From positions 124,001-188,000 of the forward strand of contig CDRNVI010000046.1 of assembly GCA_977017575.1 (NCBI GenBank): DNA of 64,000 nt. The letters are read 5' to 3'. The notes beneath the pieces were generated by a model. That model saw nothing but the letters and a program-made list of their open reading frames with translations. It was not told the DNA's origin and made no database searches. Positions 9,387 to 22,055 of this stretch are shown here, piece after piece. This DNA is from Paramoeba atlantica. Taxonomy: Eukaryota > Protista > Discosea. The position numbers and the translations under genes were made by a program. The first letter of the stretch is position 1. Every line of letters begins with the position of its first letter.

Positions 9387-12200
9387 ATGGGCATGCTGAC
9401 GCGTGCCAAGGCGAAGGATACGGGGGTAGCCCCTGTTATCCAGACGCTTCCCCCCACACGCCGGAAGAAGAAACCCCCACAGGAGCCACCACCTCCGCGG
9501 ACCCCGGCGCAACCTGCTGCACCGCCATCCGCCGCGCCGTCTGCTGCACCATCTTCCGCTGTGCCATCTGTTGCTCAGAATCCTTCCCCTCCCGGTACTG
9601 CTCCACCTATTGCGTCGCCTCCTTCCCCTCCCGGTACTGCGCCATCTACGGCATTTTCTCCTCCCGCTGCCCTTACACCTGCGCAACCACAATCTACACC
9701 GCAGACTCCTCCACAGCAGTCTCCGGGGCGATCTTACGTCCACCTCCAAAACATCTCGTCTCCGCCGACTTCCCCGCCAGCCTCAAGACCCAGCATGCAC
9801 ACCTTCTCCCGAAAAGCGCGAGCACGAGCCCTCAGAATGACAGCCGAGCCGTCATCCCCCTACGCTCTTCGATTTCCCCCATTAGCGACATCACTCCCAC
9901 CATCACACTTTTCGCCAATGAGATCGCATCCGTCGCCATCACCACTGCCACTGCCCCCCCCTCTCCGCTGCCAATCCGAAACACCAGAGTACAATCGCCC
10001 GATCACAGATGAAGAAATATTGCGTCCTCTTAACCCCTCCGCTGTCATCGTGGATGAAACTAACGGGCAACGACGCAGAAGACTGAAGGCAGAAGAAACG
10101 GCTCGCCGAAAGGCAGAAGAAACGAAGAAGGCAGAGGACTGCGCTACTAGACCGCACGAGCAATTACACCACACCGTTTGCACCACACAAATCAATGCAC
10201 CAACGCCACTAGACGCACCCGAAGAATTTCTGAACGATGAACCTACTGCCCCAACGCCAGTGGACGTACCTCCTTCGGGAGCGCTTCTGTCACACGTTCC
10301 AGAATCCAGCCTCATCCGGATCAAAAAGAAGTGGAGCGACCTTATGAACATATGCAGCAAACGAATTCCATTGCAATCTGCAAGAAATGAGTCTGAGGAG
10401 TCAGCGATTCAAGTGTTTCAAGAATGCGAAACACCGCCACCATGCGATCGGAACGGACACCACCACGAACACTCCACAGGTACGGGTGCTAAGGTCGACT
10501 ACATGTTGCGTACTATCGATCCCAAAACGCAATTTCCAATCTCGTCGAAGGAATTACAAAAGATGGCACGTACGGCACGAGTTGGGGATGAATGCTTAGT
10601 GGCCTGGAACTTCGATTGTTCGTCGTCAGTAAACATATCCCGCGGAACCGTCAAAGAACGTCGCAAGCAGAAAAATACATGCAAGTTAACCATGGAGTAC
10701 CGCGGAATACACGGCTATAAGCCAGGTGAAAAGTTCGAAGGACACATTCCGCCGCACTCGAGCGTACGCGTATACAAGGTACACTGGGACAAAGAACCCG
10801 TGATTCCGAAGGATGCGACTACGGAATCTGCTCAAGAAAACTGTCGCCCGACTTTCCAACACACTGAGGATGACCTAGATCTGGAACCTATGCCCACACT
10901 CCGAACGGTATCACCTGAATTCATACCGAGTGTGATTGCCATCTATCGTGATATTGTACGTGACTACGCGGAATGTCAATACCCCCAGCGCAATCGCATA
11001 TGGCACCGGACCTTGTCTGCAATGAAATACTCGTTAGCGACTATTCGGAAAGCAAACGGAAGACGCCGCCGTCGTCGGCCGCTGGACATCTCGCAAACGG
11101 ACCGACACGCAATCAGAACACTCGGATTCATCACAGTCACGGAACCTCGTATACAACGGCCCAGATACTGTCTCGGATAAACGCGCCATCAAGAAAGCAA
11201 CAAGCCCAGTGATCGACGGCTGCGTCTCAAAAGCAACTCGCCTTCTTGATCAAGAAGTCACACCCAGAACCCTAAACGACACCCAAACGATTGAGAAGCT
11301 GCGTGCACTTCACCCGGATTTACCTACCATGTTTCAGATGCCATACGACGCCCCAACTACTGCATGCGTCACGCCCAATGAGATACGTGAGGCAGGACGT
11401 CGCTTAGCGAAAGGAGCAGCCCCCGGACCCACAGGTACGACAGACTCGATTTTACGAATCCTATTGGACGACGAGGTATGTTGCCTAAGTTTGTGCCACA
11501 TGATAACGGACTTAATCAACGGGGAGCTCGCCGAAGAAGGCATGAAACGCATCAAAAGGGCGAGGCTCGTAGCAGTTCCAAAACCACAGCAGGGAGTGCG
11601 CCCCATTGCGGTGGGCGAGGTTTGGTTAAAGCTAGCAGAAATTGTTCTACTTCAGCGACACGAAAAAAAACTCGTACCCCTCTTTGCACCTTATCAATTC
11701 GGTGTCATGGTGAAATCGGGATGCGAACACATCATACATAAGCTGAATAAGCGTCACGAGAATTGTTGCGCCATACTTACAATAGATTTGAAAAACGCAT
11801 TCAATTCTCCGTCGCGGGATGAAATCGCTAAGGCTGTTTTTGCTTTCCACGGCCTCCGAGGGTTTTATCGTCTTTTTAATGCGGAATACAGGAATCCGTC
11901 AGAGCTCCTCTATTATGGCAGTGAGGGTCGGTTGAACAGCATTATAAAAAGTGCGGCGGGAGTACGCCAAGGATCTCCTTTGTCCACAATTTTCTTCTGC
12001 GCTTTCCTCCAACCCATTCTTGAAACCCTCGCCTCTGAATTCCCGACTCTACGGATCTATGCCTACATTGACGATATCAGCATTGCGTCAACCGAGCCGG
12101 AACTTATCGCAAAAGCTTACTTCCGCCTAAGGGAACTGCTGCTCGAGAAACGAGTAGGGGGATATGGCCCCTCAAAAGTGTGTCTGGTTCGAAGGAACTA
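9387..12200 (+). pseudogene. CRE-A non-LTR element, frameshift near 11100, 3' truncated after the RT catalytic motif
   Basis: MGMLTRAKAK N-terminus, Pro-rich region, GAAPGPTG, RPIAVGE, DLKNAFNS, GVRQGSPLS, YAYIDD. Confidence 0.9.
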
Positions 12201-12299
12201 CAAGAAACTTTTTACAGAATTTTTTTTTTAAACGTTGTCTTAATAATTGTATGATATAAACTGCGAATCCTCTTCAAACAATTCTTTTCGTAAACTATG

Positions 12300-12790
12300 A
12301 GACTTCCTACCACGGATTCTCACTGCATATTCCATCAAAAAGCGCAAATATCGTCCCCATGGCTTTGGCTCAGGTACTTTCTGAGCTGGCCTAGGAGAAT
12401 GTTTCCATTCATCTCCTGCAAGAGAAGTATGAAATCGTTTTCCACCTTGCTGGGCTCAATAGAAATCTTTTCCGCCAGAAGCCGTAGCAGCTCCCGAGTT
12501 CGGGCGTGCAATGAGCCACTTGACAGCACCGGTAAACAGGCGAATTGCTCCTCGGCGAACATATTCGATGAGACGTATTTGGTGTTTTTCCGCGCGATCG
12601 CATCTTTGATTGCCTTCGCCGGTGTTGTTCCCGCAAGAGATGGTGCCAGATCGTGTACGACGGTGAGATCATAGAAGATTTCACCTGTCGCCCAATAAAT
12701 AACCAAATCGGGCCCTGAACGGTGTAGCGTGCTGCCTTTGCATGTCGCAATGTGCTCTCGCCGACGTTCTTCTCGGATCACCTCGGAGCA
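12300..12790 (-). pseudogene. CRE-A C-terminal restriction-like endonuclease fragment
   Basis: REHIATC...RSGPDLVIYW...FYDLTVVH...QEMNG. Confidence 0.85.
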
Positions 12791-14785
12791 TGATGTGATG
12801 ATGATGATGATTTTTAGGCAATATATCTCCGAGGAGATGTTACCTCCCTAGGACAAGCCCCCCCTTATCGCTTGCTAGGAGCCGTGCCACGCAGCACGCA
12901 AGTCAAATCCGAAGATTTGACCAGATCGAGCGCGAGCAGCCAGCTTATCTTTTTTAACCCCTTTTATATCCCTCCCCCCCTTTTTATATGCTACAAGAAA
13001 ATATTCTTTATGAAAAAAACACTTCTTTTGAAGTGAAAAAACACAACACATTCCAAAGATTATGCTGAATGACACCCACCCTAGTTCCTTAGTACCTTGT
13101 TATATCCGGTACCGGGCGGTGTCATTCTCACGCTGCAATGTCTGGGTGACCGTTACCCTAGTTATTTTGTGCCTTGTTTTGCTGGCACCGGGTAGTGTCA
13201 CCCGCGGGGCCCTGATCGTACCCACCCTAGGTATGTAGCGTCTTGTTATGCGACGATGTTACCTTGTTGCTTGTTGAATTTTTACTACTTTGCTTTTCTT
13301 TCTTTTATGTCAGAACCTCCCCCGAGGGCGGCGCAAGGCACGCCGTCGCATCAGCAGCAGAACACTGCAGCAGTGAGGTCCACTGGCGTAAAGGAGCACA
13401 ACTTGAACTTTACGGAACAAGCGAATAGACACGAGATTGGATCATGAGACCAGTTTGAGGCAAACAAGAAACTCATCCAAGACGCTAGCACGTACGACGA
13501 CCTCATGTACACAACCCCCATTCCACAGCATATTCCCCTCAACTGGCAAAAGAAGATGGAACACAAAGCGCAAAGCATCGAGAAAAACCCAACGTCAGAC
13601 CACGGCCGCCACAACACGAAAGACGAGGAAACCGCTTTTGCCAGTGTTCGGAGAAATGAAATTCTACGAAGAAGTCAAACTGGAGAGTCATCCTTGAAAA
13701 TTAAGATCAGAAAAGAGACACGACTGAAGAAAACTCCGAAAAAGGTAAAAGTGATACTCCGTAGCTCTGATCTAACGAAGGCGAACCTCGGACAAGCGGA
13801 CATGTCACATGACGAAGGATCGGAGAGCTCATCTGCATCAGGATCAGACATCCCGGAGGACGATCGGGTGGCCGAGGTCGCCGAAGAAACAATGAAAGCT
13901 CCGGACCAAATACTAAAGATAATCAACGACTGGGGAAAAGGAACTACTTGCGAGCTACATTGGAAATTCCGCCACAGCAGTGAGATTTATCAGTCGATTG
14001 GAGAAGTTGTTACGCGACATTCTAGAAAAGGTGCAATCAGGGTAAAGATTTCCTACACACCGCAGCATCAGCCAGGTCCATCAGGATTTCTATATCTACC
14101 TGCATCTCACAAGATTAACATCTTCCGATTACGGGTGGTAAAGCTCAACCGTATTGTGACACAAACGCCATTTTTGGATATCGAAGAAACACAAGATTGT
14201 GACACGGGATGCGACTTGGAGCCTCTTCCCCCACTCGCCCACATCGACCCCACGTTTGCCGCTCACGTCATAGCAATCTTTAGATCAATCCTGCGAGGAT
14301 ATCCCACGCTCAAGCTTATAACAGAGAAAACATCCGTCTGGCACAAGTTTCTAAACGCACCCCGCGACTCACTCACCACTGTGCGACAAGCGATCCAGCG
14401 GAAGTATCATGTGCCAAACAAATTGCGCAACGAGGAGCCGGCGTTCTCCTCACCTGACGAGAAACTTGAACGTGAAGTCGACCGCCGATCAATCCGCAGT
14501 GCGCTTCGAACGGCTAGGGCTGGTAACCTAAGCAAAGCTACGCGTATCCTCGACAACGTATATTTTGACTCGAACCTTAGCGTTGAGGAGAAAGTAGCGG
14601 AGCTCAAGAGTCTACATCCCGATGGAGAGCGCCCACAAGCTCAGACGGACGCAGACCCCCGAACAGGAATCATCGAAAAACACGAACTTCGGGCCGCGAT
14701 AGAGAAACTGGCTCCGGGAGCTTCCCCGGGCCCTACGGGATTGAGTGAAGCCATGTTGCGCCTACTTGCGGATGACGAGGAATCC

Positions 14786-15704
14786 GGGGAGGGGGGGCAC
14801 TCGATGAATATTCATCGAACGGACAGTGCGTTCGATGAATATTCATCGAACAGGACATCCTGTTCGATGAATGGATTGCAGTACGACCCGTTCGATGAAT
14901 CATTCATCGAACAGGATGTCCTGTTCGATGAATGAAAACGCATTTTTTTTTGTAAAAAAAAAGCTCGTTTCGGTCTGCATCATACTCCTGGCTGCTACCT
15001 TGATCCGTAAGACAAAAACAAATCCGAAACGTTATTATTACAAGGTAGTTGGGCTTCGCAAATTGCTTCCCACGAATCTAGAGAGAAGCACACGTACAAT
15101 AATCTTTGACGATAAAGATACAGTTTCTGTACCTTGTTGATTATTTACTTTTTTTACCTTTCATGGGAGTGTTCACACGCTCCAAAGCAAAAGAATCAGG
15201 AGTAGCTCCTGAGATTTTGCCGCTCCCTCGTGCGCGATGGAAAAAGAAGGCCGTGATGCCAACTCATCCGCCCGCCGTGCTAATATCCACCACCTCCGCA
15301 TGGAGCGCGCGGGTCGCCAAAAAATATAATTATGTCCCAGGGCTACGCTCACAGTTGGGCCTTTCTCGAAAAGGAGGGCTTTTGCCTCCAGAAGCGGGCT
15401 ACGCTCACAGTTGGGCCTTGCTCGCAGACGGGGGCCTTGCTTGCACACTTGGGCTTCGCTGACAGTTGGGCCTTGCCTCCAGACATGTAAACGAGATGGT
15501 AATGTTCAAATTCCCCCCAAAAAAAATCGAGACGAAAAATTCGTGCAGCAGTGCCCGTTGGATGAATGATTCATCGAACGCACTGCCCGTTCGATGAATA
15601 TTCATCGAACGGGACGCCTGGTCATCGAACGGGACGCCGTTCAATGAATATTCATCGAACGCACGGTGCGTTCGATGAATTTTCATCGAATGCCCCCCCT
15701 GGCC
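14786..15704. mobile_element. Non-autonomous TIR element, 8-bp TSD, GG...CC termini (Merlin-like MITE)
   Basis: TSD aggaatcc at 14778-14785 and 15705-15712; TIR GG(G/C)(G/C)AGGGGGGGCA(C/T)TCGATGAA; subterminal palindromes; internal CRE-A 5' fragment (MGVFTRSKAK). Confidence 0.75.
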
Positions 15705-16023
15705 AGGAATCCAGCACCGCGCTCTGCCATATGTTACGCGATGTAGTGAACGGGGAGATCGCATCGTCGGTGCGTGACAGACTGACACGATGTCGACTAA
15801 TGGCCATCAACAAACCGCAGAACGGAATACGACCGATTGCAATTGGGGAGACTCTATTGAAAGTATGTGGCTCGATCCTTCTAAACAGGAACGAAGAGAA
15901 ACTGAAGAAATTTTTCCAGCCTGTCCAAAGAGGGATCCTCCAAAAGAATGCGTGCGAGGGAATTGTTCACGAGGTGCTCGATGAATATGACAAGGGACAC
16001 GCCATCTTGGCGATCGATTATAA

Positions 16024-17542
16024 GAGGGTTGAAACATCCCCAGCCGCACCCACCCGCACCCAGTGCATCTTCAACGGCAAAGACTTAGCGAAATTTGGGA
16101 GATCCAGAAGGAACGCGTTCGGGGTACTACTCCCCGAGAGGGATGACTTTTTTTTCAGTCAATTTGTAAGTGTGCTTCACCATACGCGTTTTTTTGCAGA
16201 ATGCAACCCAAAAGAAAGTGCGAACTGTGCAGACTAAAAACCTTTCACAAAATGAATATATCCCTTATATCCTTACATTGACATATAAAATTTAAGAAAA
16301 TAATTTGGCGTTGTACTTTTTTTCCCGCGCTAGATCCTTCTTTCTCTGCTTTGACTTTATTTGCTTCAAAGCGCTCTCCTCAGCTCGCTTCTGACGCATC
16401 TCTGCCTGCGTCAACTTCGTGTACGTCTTACTTCTTTTGCGTCCGTGAGCAGGGCTTTTCCCAATTTTTGTGACACCAGTGCGCTGAAAATCTTGTTTTA
16501 CCTCTTCTCGGTACTCTCGTATATCATCTTTATCTGTTTTGTCACCTTTCTGAAAATGACAAGAGCAAAAGTCTCGAGAAGCCCATTCTCTAACGACGGA
16601 ATGCGTGGAATCCAAAGATTCTACGGAGTCGTCGTACAGTGTTACCTGGTGAACTTTCCAATGCGTACACTCTGCATTCCAGAGCAACCCGAAAGCAGAT
16701 CTTGCAAAATCTTTCCGATGCCGCGTAGAAGTCGATTTTGTTCTCGATGTCTTTTCGACGCCGCAACGGTCTCTCCACGAAACCCTCGCCAAAGAATTCG
16801 AAACCATTCTGCAATGGTCTCTTGGCCTTTGCGGGATGGCTCATACAACCCTGGGTAGGCTTTTGCCAGGAAGGCACCTAGGTTTTGTGAGAGTACATCT
16901 GTGGGGAGCTCGATAGAGGGGAGTGACCATTGACCCCCGTGTTTCCACCACCAATAACTTGGCATCTCTTCCTCTCGGACACCATTTAGCACGTTGCATT
17001 TGGCGTCGGAAAAGAACAACAAGCCTACATGGCGATGTTTTGCAATGAGGATGATACCCTCGGGAAGGATTTCTTCGTCCAGTGTAACACCACACAAAGT
17101 GTTGTGAATACTGGGAACTGAAGAAGCGGTGAGCTGATGATGACGGTTGTTTAACCATGTCACGGCCCTCGAAATTATATCGTCCTCGAGACGATCCATG
17201 GTTTCTTGAGGGGGAAGTCTGTCACGGGGCGAATTGGGCACTGTTTCGTTCCTCCTGAGTCATCTTGAGAAAATATGTTTGAGAAAAGTATCGTTATAAA
17301 ACGGGATTCGAAAAAAGATAAAAGAGATGCTAAAATATGAAATGTACCAAATATGAAATGTACCAATATAAATTATGTACGTCCCTATAAAAAATATATG
17401 ACAAATTATGAGTTTGCCAATATCTAGGTATTGAGAAAAAATAAAAGAGGAAAAATACACAAAAAAATTCACCCCTCCCCTAACTCAGCCGCACCCGGAC
17501 GCACCCAGACGCACCCAGACGCACCCACCTGTTTCAACCCTC
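16024..17542. mobile_element. TIR element with TAA TSD (PIF/Harbinger-like), no transposase visible
   Basis: 13-bp TIR gagggttgaaaca; TSD taa at 16021-16023 and 17543-17545; gcaccca subterminal repeats. Confidence 0.75.
16292..17241 (-). CDS. Unknown cargo protein inside the Harbinger-like element (probably frameshifted)
   Basis: Overlapping ORFs 16642-17241 and 16292-16807 with protein-like composition and a Lys/Arg-rich C-terminus; no motif recognised. Confidence 0.4.
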
Positions 17543-18306
17543 TAAGAATGCCTACAATACCCCCACGCGTCAAGCAATCTTCGAAGCACTCAAGAAAGAC
17601 GGCATCTTCAAACCTTTCATGCGGATTTTTAATCTTGAGTACGGGGACTCGTCTGATCTGCTCTTCTTTGCCAATAACTCGCTCCATTCGATCGTGAAGA
17701 GCACTTCTGGCGTTCGACAGGGCTCAGCGCTTTCGTCACTATACTTCTGTGCCCTGATACAGGATTCGCTCAAAGAAATCGAAGAGTCCTTTCCAGATGT
17801 AACGGTTCGAGCGTACATGGACGACATAACCTTGTCATCAACAAATCCCCTATCCTTGCAGACCGCCTTTCTACACCTGCACGAATCTTCACGACTTCTG
17901 GGACTGGAAATGAACTTCCAGAAATGCGAATGGTTCAAGAAAACAGACACTCCATGGACGCCCCAAACTCTGCAAGCGATGGGGGTAGCCTGCTCGCAAG
18001 AAACAGTGAAAATTCTAGGTGCATATATCGGACAGGACGAGATGTTAAGTGAATGCCTAAAGAAAAAGATGGACAAACACAAGTGTCTCTTTCGCCGTCT
18101 TCGACTCATTTTTTTTTTTTTTTTTCCCCCCCTTCTCTCAATTTTCGAAGAGAAACTATCCCAAAAATGATATTATATATTGTATTCTATTCTTTTGAAT
18201 ACTTTATATCCTTAATGTTATGTTATGTTATGTGTTCAGGTTAATACAAAAAAAAAAGTTTATAATAATACCAAAGATTTCTAATAGACCGAAACTAAAA
18301 ACCTGT

Positions 18307-21275
18307 TCAGAGGCCCAGTTCCTGAGATGTCTCCTGCGTTAGATAATTTTTCAGCTGGGAAAATACCACTGATCCGTTCAACTCTTGAAGGTGCAACGAA
18401 AATTCGTTCAAAGTTTTCCCTCTTTCAAGCCCACAGCAGTCCGCTAGCGTATGCAGAAGGGTCTTGAGCCCTTGATGCATGGCGCCGCCGGAGAGGACTG
18501 GGATGCATTTAAAACGTTCCTGCGGAATCATCCCCGATGCGACGTACGTATTATGTTTCCGTGCGATCGCATCCCTCTTTAGGGCCCCACTCCCTCGCCG
18601 CAAGTTCGACGGCGCCAATTCATGGATTACAGTGAGGTCGTAGAAGACTTCACCGGACGCCCAATATATGACTATATCAGGTCCGGACCGGTGAAGACTA
18701 GCATTTCGGCAGATCTGTTGGTGCTCACGTTTGCGCCAATGCGGGAACGACTCCCCGCAAGTGGAGCATTTGTAGGTCGTAAATTGTCGTGGCTCCCGCT
18801 CGCATGGTACCCCAGCCTTCATGCACAGATCGTAAATTCTACGCACCAGCGCATCATGTTTCGTCGTGGCATTGTTTCCAGAGCACTGAACACATCCCGC
18901 TATGTGCGAGAGGGCTGACGAAGACTCAAGAATGACTCGACACCCCGGGCATTGTAAGTTTCCTGGAAGCCGCGGGTGACTGAGACCAAGACGAGGTATA
19001 AGTGCCAAGGTGTAAAATTTGGAAGATACTAGTTTTGCGTTCGACTGTATCCACGATGAATTCCCTTTCTCGCTTGCGGCGCGCAGTAACGACGCGACAT
19101 TCGGGTCTTTCGACAGCGATTCCTTAATTGATTTGTTAAGCTGTGCTTCGGTGACGAATTCGTCGTTAGGGGGGCGGATTGAATCTTCATTTCCTACCGG
19201 CGATGGGGATGTAAGGCCTGTCGCTCGAACTGAAAGTGAATTTAGTCGTTCAAAAGCGTTGTGCCTCGACGCCTCATACGCCGATTTTCGTAGAAGATCC
19301 GTGGGCGTCAGCCCTAAACCTCCACTCTTTACCGGAAGTCGTGCCCACGCGATCTGTTTCGGATTCATTTCTCCGAACCAGGTGGTCAGAACTTCTTGCA
19401 CCTCTTTGTCGAAGGATTTCGCCATCTCAAAGGTTTCCTCTGGCCGATGGACTCGTATGTGGTACCTGTGTCTCACATTAACGCATCGCGACAAGAGGAG
19501 CATCGAAATGTTATTCGCACCCATGGTTTTCAGCCGCCGGAAAATTGCCCGGTGTTTTTCAAGCTTGTTGAGAAGTAATTCGCTGACTCTGGTTGATCCC
19601 CCTACATAGGCTCCTAGAACTTTGACGGCTTTTTCGGCTATCTGAACACCTTCGTTGACTAGTTTCTCGGGGAGTTTGACGTTGTTTAATCCATCAAACC
19701 AAACACATTTTTGCGGCGCAAGTCGGATCGATTTACTTTCCAGGAGCTCCTTGAGACGGACGTATGCAGAGGCGATGAGATCCACATCGTGTGAGGAGAT
19801 GTTGATGTCATCGACATAAGCGTATATGTTAAGCGATGGGAATTCCTGCGCGATCGTCTCAAGAATCGGTTGAAGAAATGTACAGAAATACAACGTTGAT
19901 AACGGCGACCCCTGACGCACTCCAGCCGAACTCTCGACTTTGGAGAATAATTCCCCGTTTTTGCCATAGAAGAGGAGCTCTGATGGTTCCCCATATTCAG
20001 CAACAAAAAGTCGCTGAAAGGGTCGAAGTGCGCTAAACGCGAAAATCGCTTTCGCAATGTCATCGCGTGAAGGGCTGTTAAAGGCGTTTTTCATGTCCAG
20101 AGAGAGAATGGCGTGTCCTTCCATGTACCGACGATTGAGCTCGTGCACGATAGTTTCACATCCCGCTTGGCTCATAACCCCGTGTTGCATCGGAAGAAAC
20201 AGCTTCGCGAATTTGTGTTCATGTCGAAGTATTAGGACCAGCCCCGCCAACTTCAACAGAACCTCCCCCATCGCCACAGGCCTAACGGATTTTGATGTCT
20301 TGGGAAGTGCCACGAGACGCGCTCTCCTCAATCTACGCATGACTTCTTTGGACAGCATCCCGTTGACAAGATCACAGATCATATGACACAGACTGGAACA
20401 ACAGATCTCATCATCCAATAACAACCGAACAATGGCTTCCGTTGTACCCGAAGGTCCGGGAGCCGATCCCTTTGCTAGTCTTTTCCCTGCATCACGTAGC
20501 TCTTGCGGTGGGAGGCACGCAATCTTCGGGGCGTCTGTCGGAAGCGCGAATGAAATAGGCAACGAGGGATGCAATTTTCGCAATTGGTCCAATTTTCCTT
20601 CATCCGTCATCGTTGTAGTTGCAGTTTCCTGATCTAATACTCGCGTTCCCTTCTTCGTTGCTCCTTCCAAGAGCAGTCTCGTTGCTTTCTTTATAGCCCG
20701 CAAATCACTCGCCTTTTGCTCCGCTTCACTGTTCAGAGTTGTCGTCTCCTGAATTTCAACTGGACGGCGACGACGCTTCTTTCCAATGATGTGGCGCACT
20801 GTGGCTAAAGAGTGTTTCATTGCCGACAGAGTTCTGTTCCAAATTTGATTCCGTTGCTCGTACGAGGAACTCGCGTAGTCCCTCATGATATCCCGATAGA
20901 TCGCGACAACACAAGGTACAAACTCGGAACTAACGGACCGTAAGGTGGGCATTGGGTCGAGGTCCAAATCAGCTTCGGTGTGATCAAGATCATGTCTGTC
21001 TTTGTCTTCTGTGGAATTCGTTTCCCCCGCGTTTCTCCTTGGCTCATCAAGCCAGCGTATCGAATGAATTCGCACGTTGGGATTCGGCGGAATAAACCCC
21101 TCAAATTTGGTTCCAGATTTGTGCCCTTCCACGCCTTCATATGATATGGCTATTCTACCGGCTCCCGCCCGTTTCTTGACTGATTTCACCACACCCCTCG
21201 ATATATTTAATTGTGTGGAATCGCTAAAACACCACGCCACCAGGCAACCATCACCGCGCTTCGACATTTTTGATT
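18307..21275 (-). CDS. CRE-A ORF, C-terminal part: RT, zinc motif, RLE endonuclease
   Basis: GSAPGPSG, RPVAMGE, DMKNAFNS, GVRQGSPLS, YAYVDD, CPGC...HIAGC, KHD, EPR, GPDIVIYW...FYDLTV. Confidence 0.95.
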
Positions 21276-22055
21276 GAAATCCACACCGAGGGGCCGCACA
21301 GGACATAAAAGAAAATAACTATAAAGATGAAATAATAATTTATTTTCACATGAGTTCACCTATTCATATCATATACATGAAAAGCAAATTGAAACGTATG
21401 TAGCTTCTACATCATCTTGACAAAATAGGCCTTTCAAAACAAACAATATAAATTTATAATATATCACTATGTTAGCGGGTTGCACCCGCCAAACCCGGCG
21501 GCTACCTGCCCACAAAAAACGCGTAAAGGAAAAGGATTCTACAAGTAAGTAATCAGTAAATATGTAAATTTTCAGAATACATATTGTAGCTTTTATACAT
21601 GATTCAATTACAACCCCCTTTCGGGGAAAAGAACAATGAAAATTATAACCCCCTTCCGGGGCATTTGACCCGATATTAGCCCCTCGGTTAAATTTCCATG
21701 CGTAGACTTCTAGAAATCCACACCGAGGGGCCGCACAGGACATAAAAGAAAATAACTATAAAGATGAAATAATAATTTATTTTCACATGAGTTCACCTAT
21801 TCATATCATATACATGAAAAGCAAATTGAAACGTATGTAGCTTCTACATCATCTTGACAAAATAGGCCTTTCAAAACAAACAATATAAATTTATAATATA
21901 TCACTATGTTAGCGGGTTGCACCCGCCAAACCCGGCGGCTACCTGCCCACACACACGTCACAATATTTTCCCAAACACACAGTAATTTTTTTTTTTTCGA
22001 AAATAACTAGGGAAGGATAACACAATAATAGATGACCGGTCTATTATCGTGCCCT

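Noticed and set aside
15340-15474. CRISPR-like array: three 24-bp repeats with ~31-bp spacers
   Set aside because: The spacers resemble each other (degenerate 55-bp tandem repeat), it lies inside a MITE, and there are no cas genes in this eukaryotic context.
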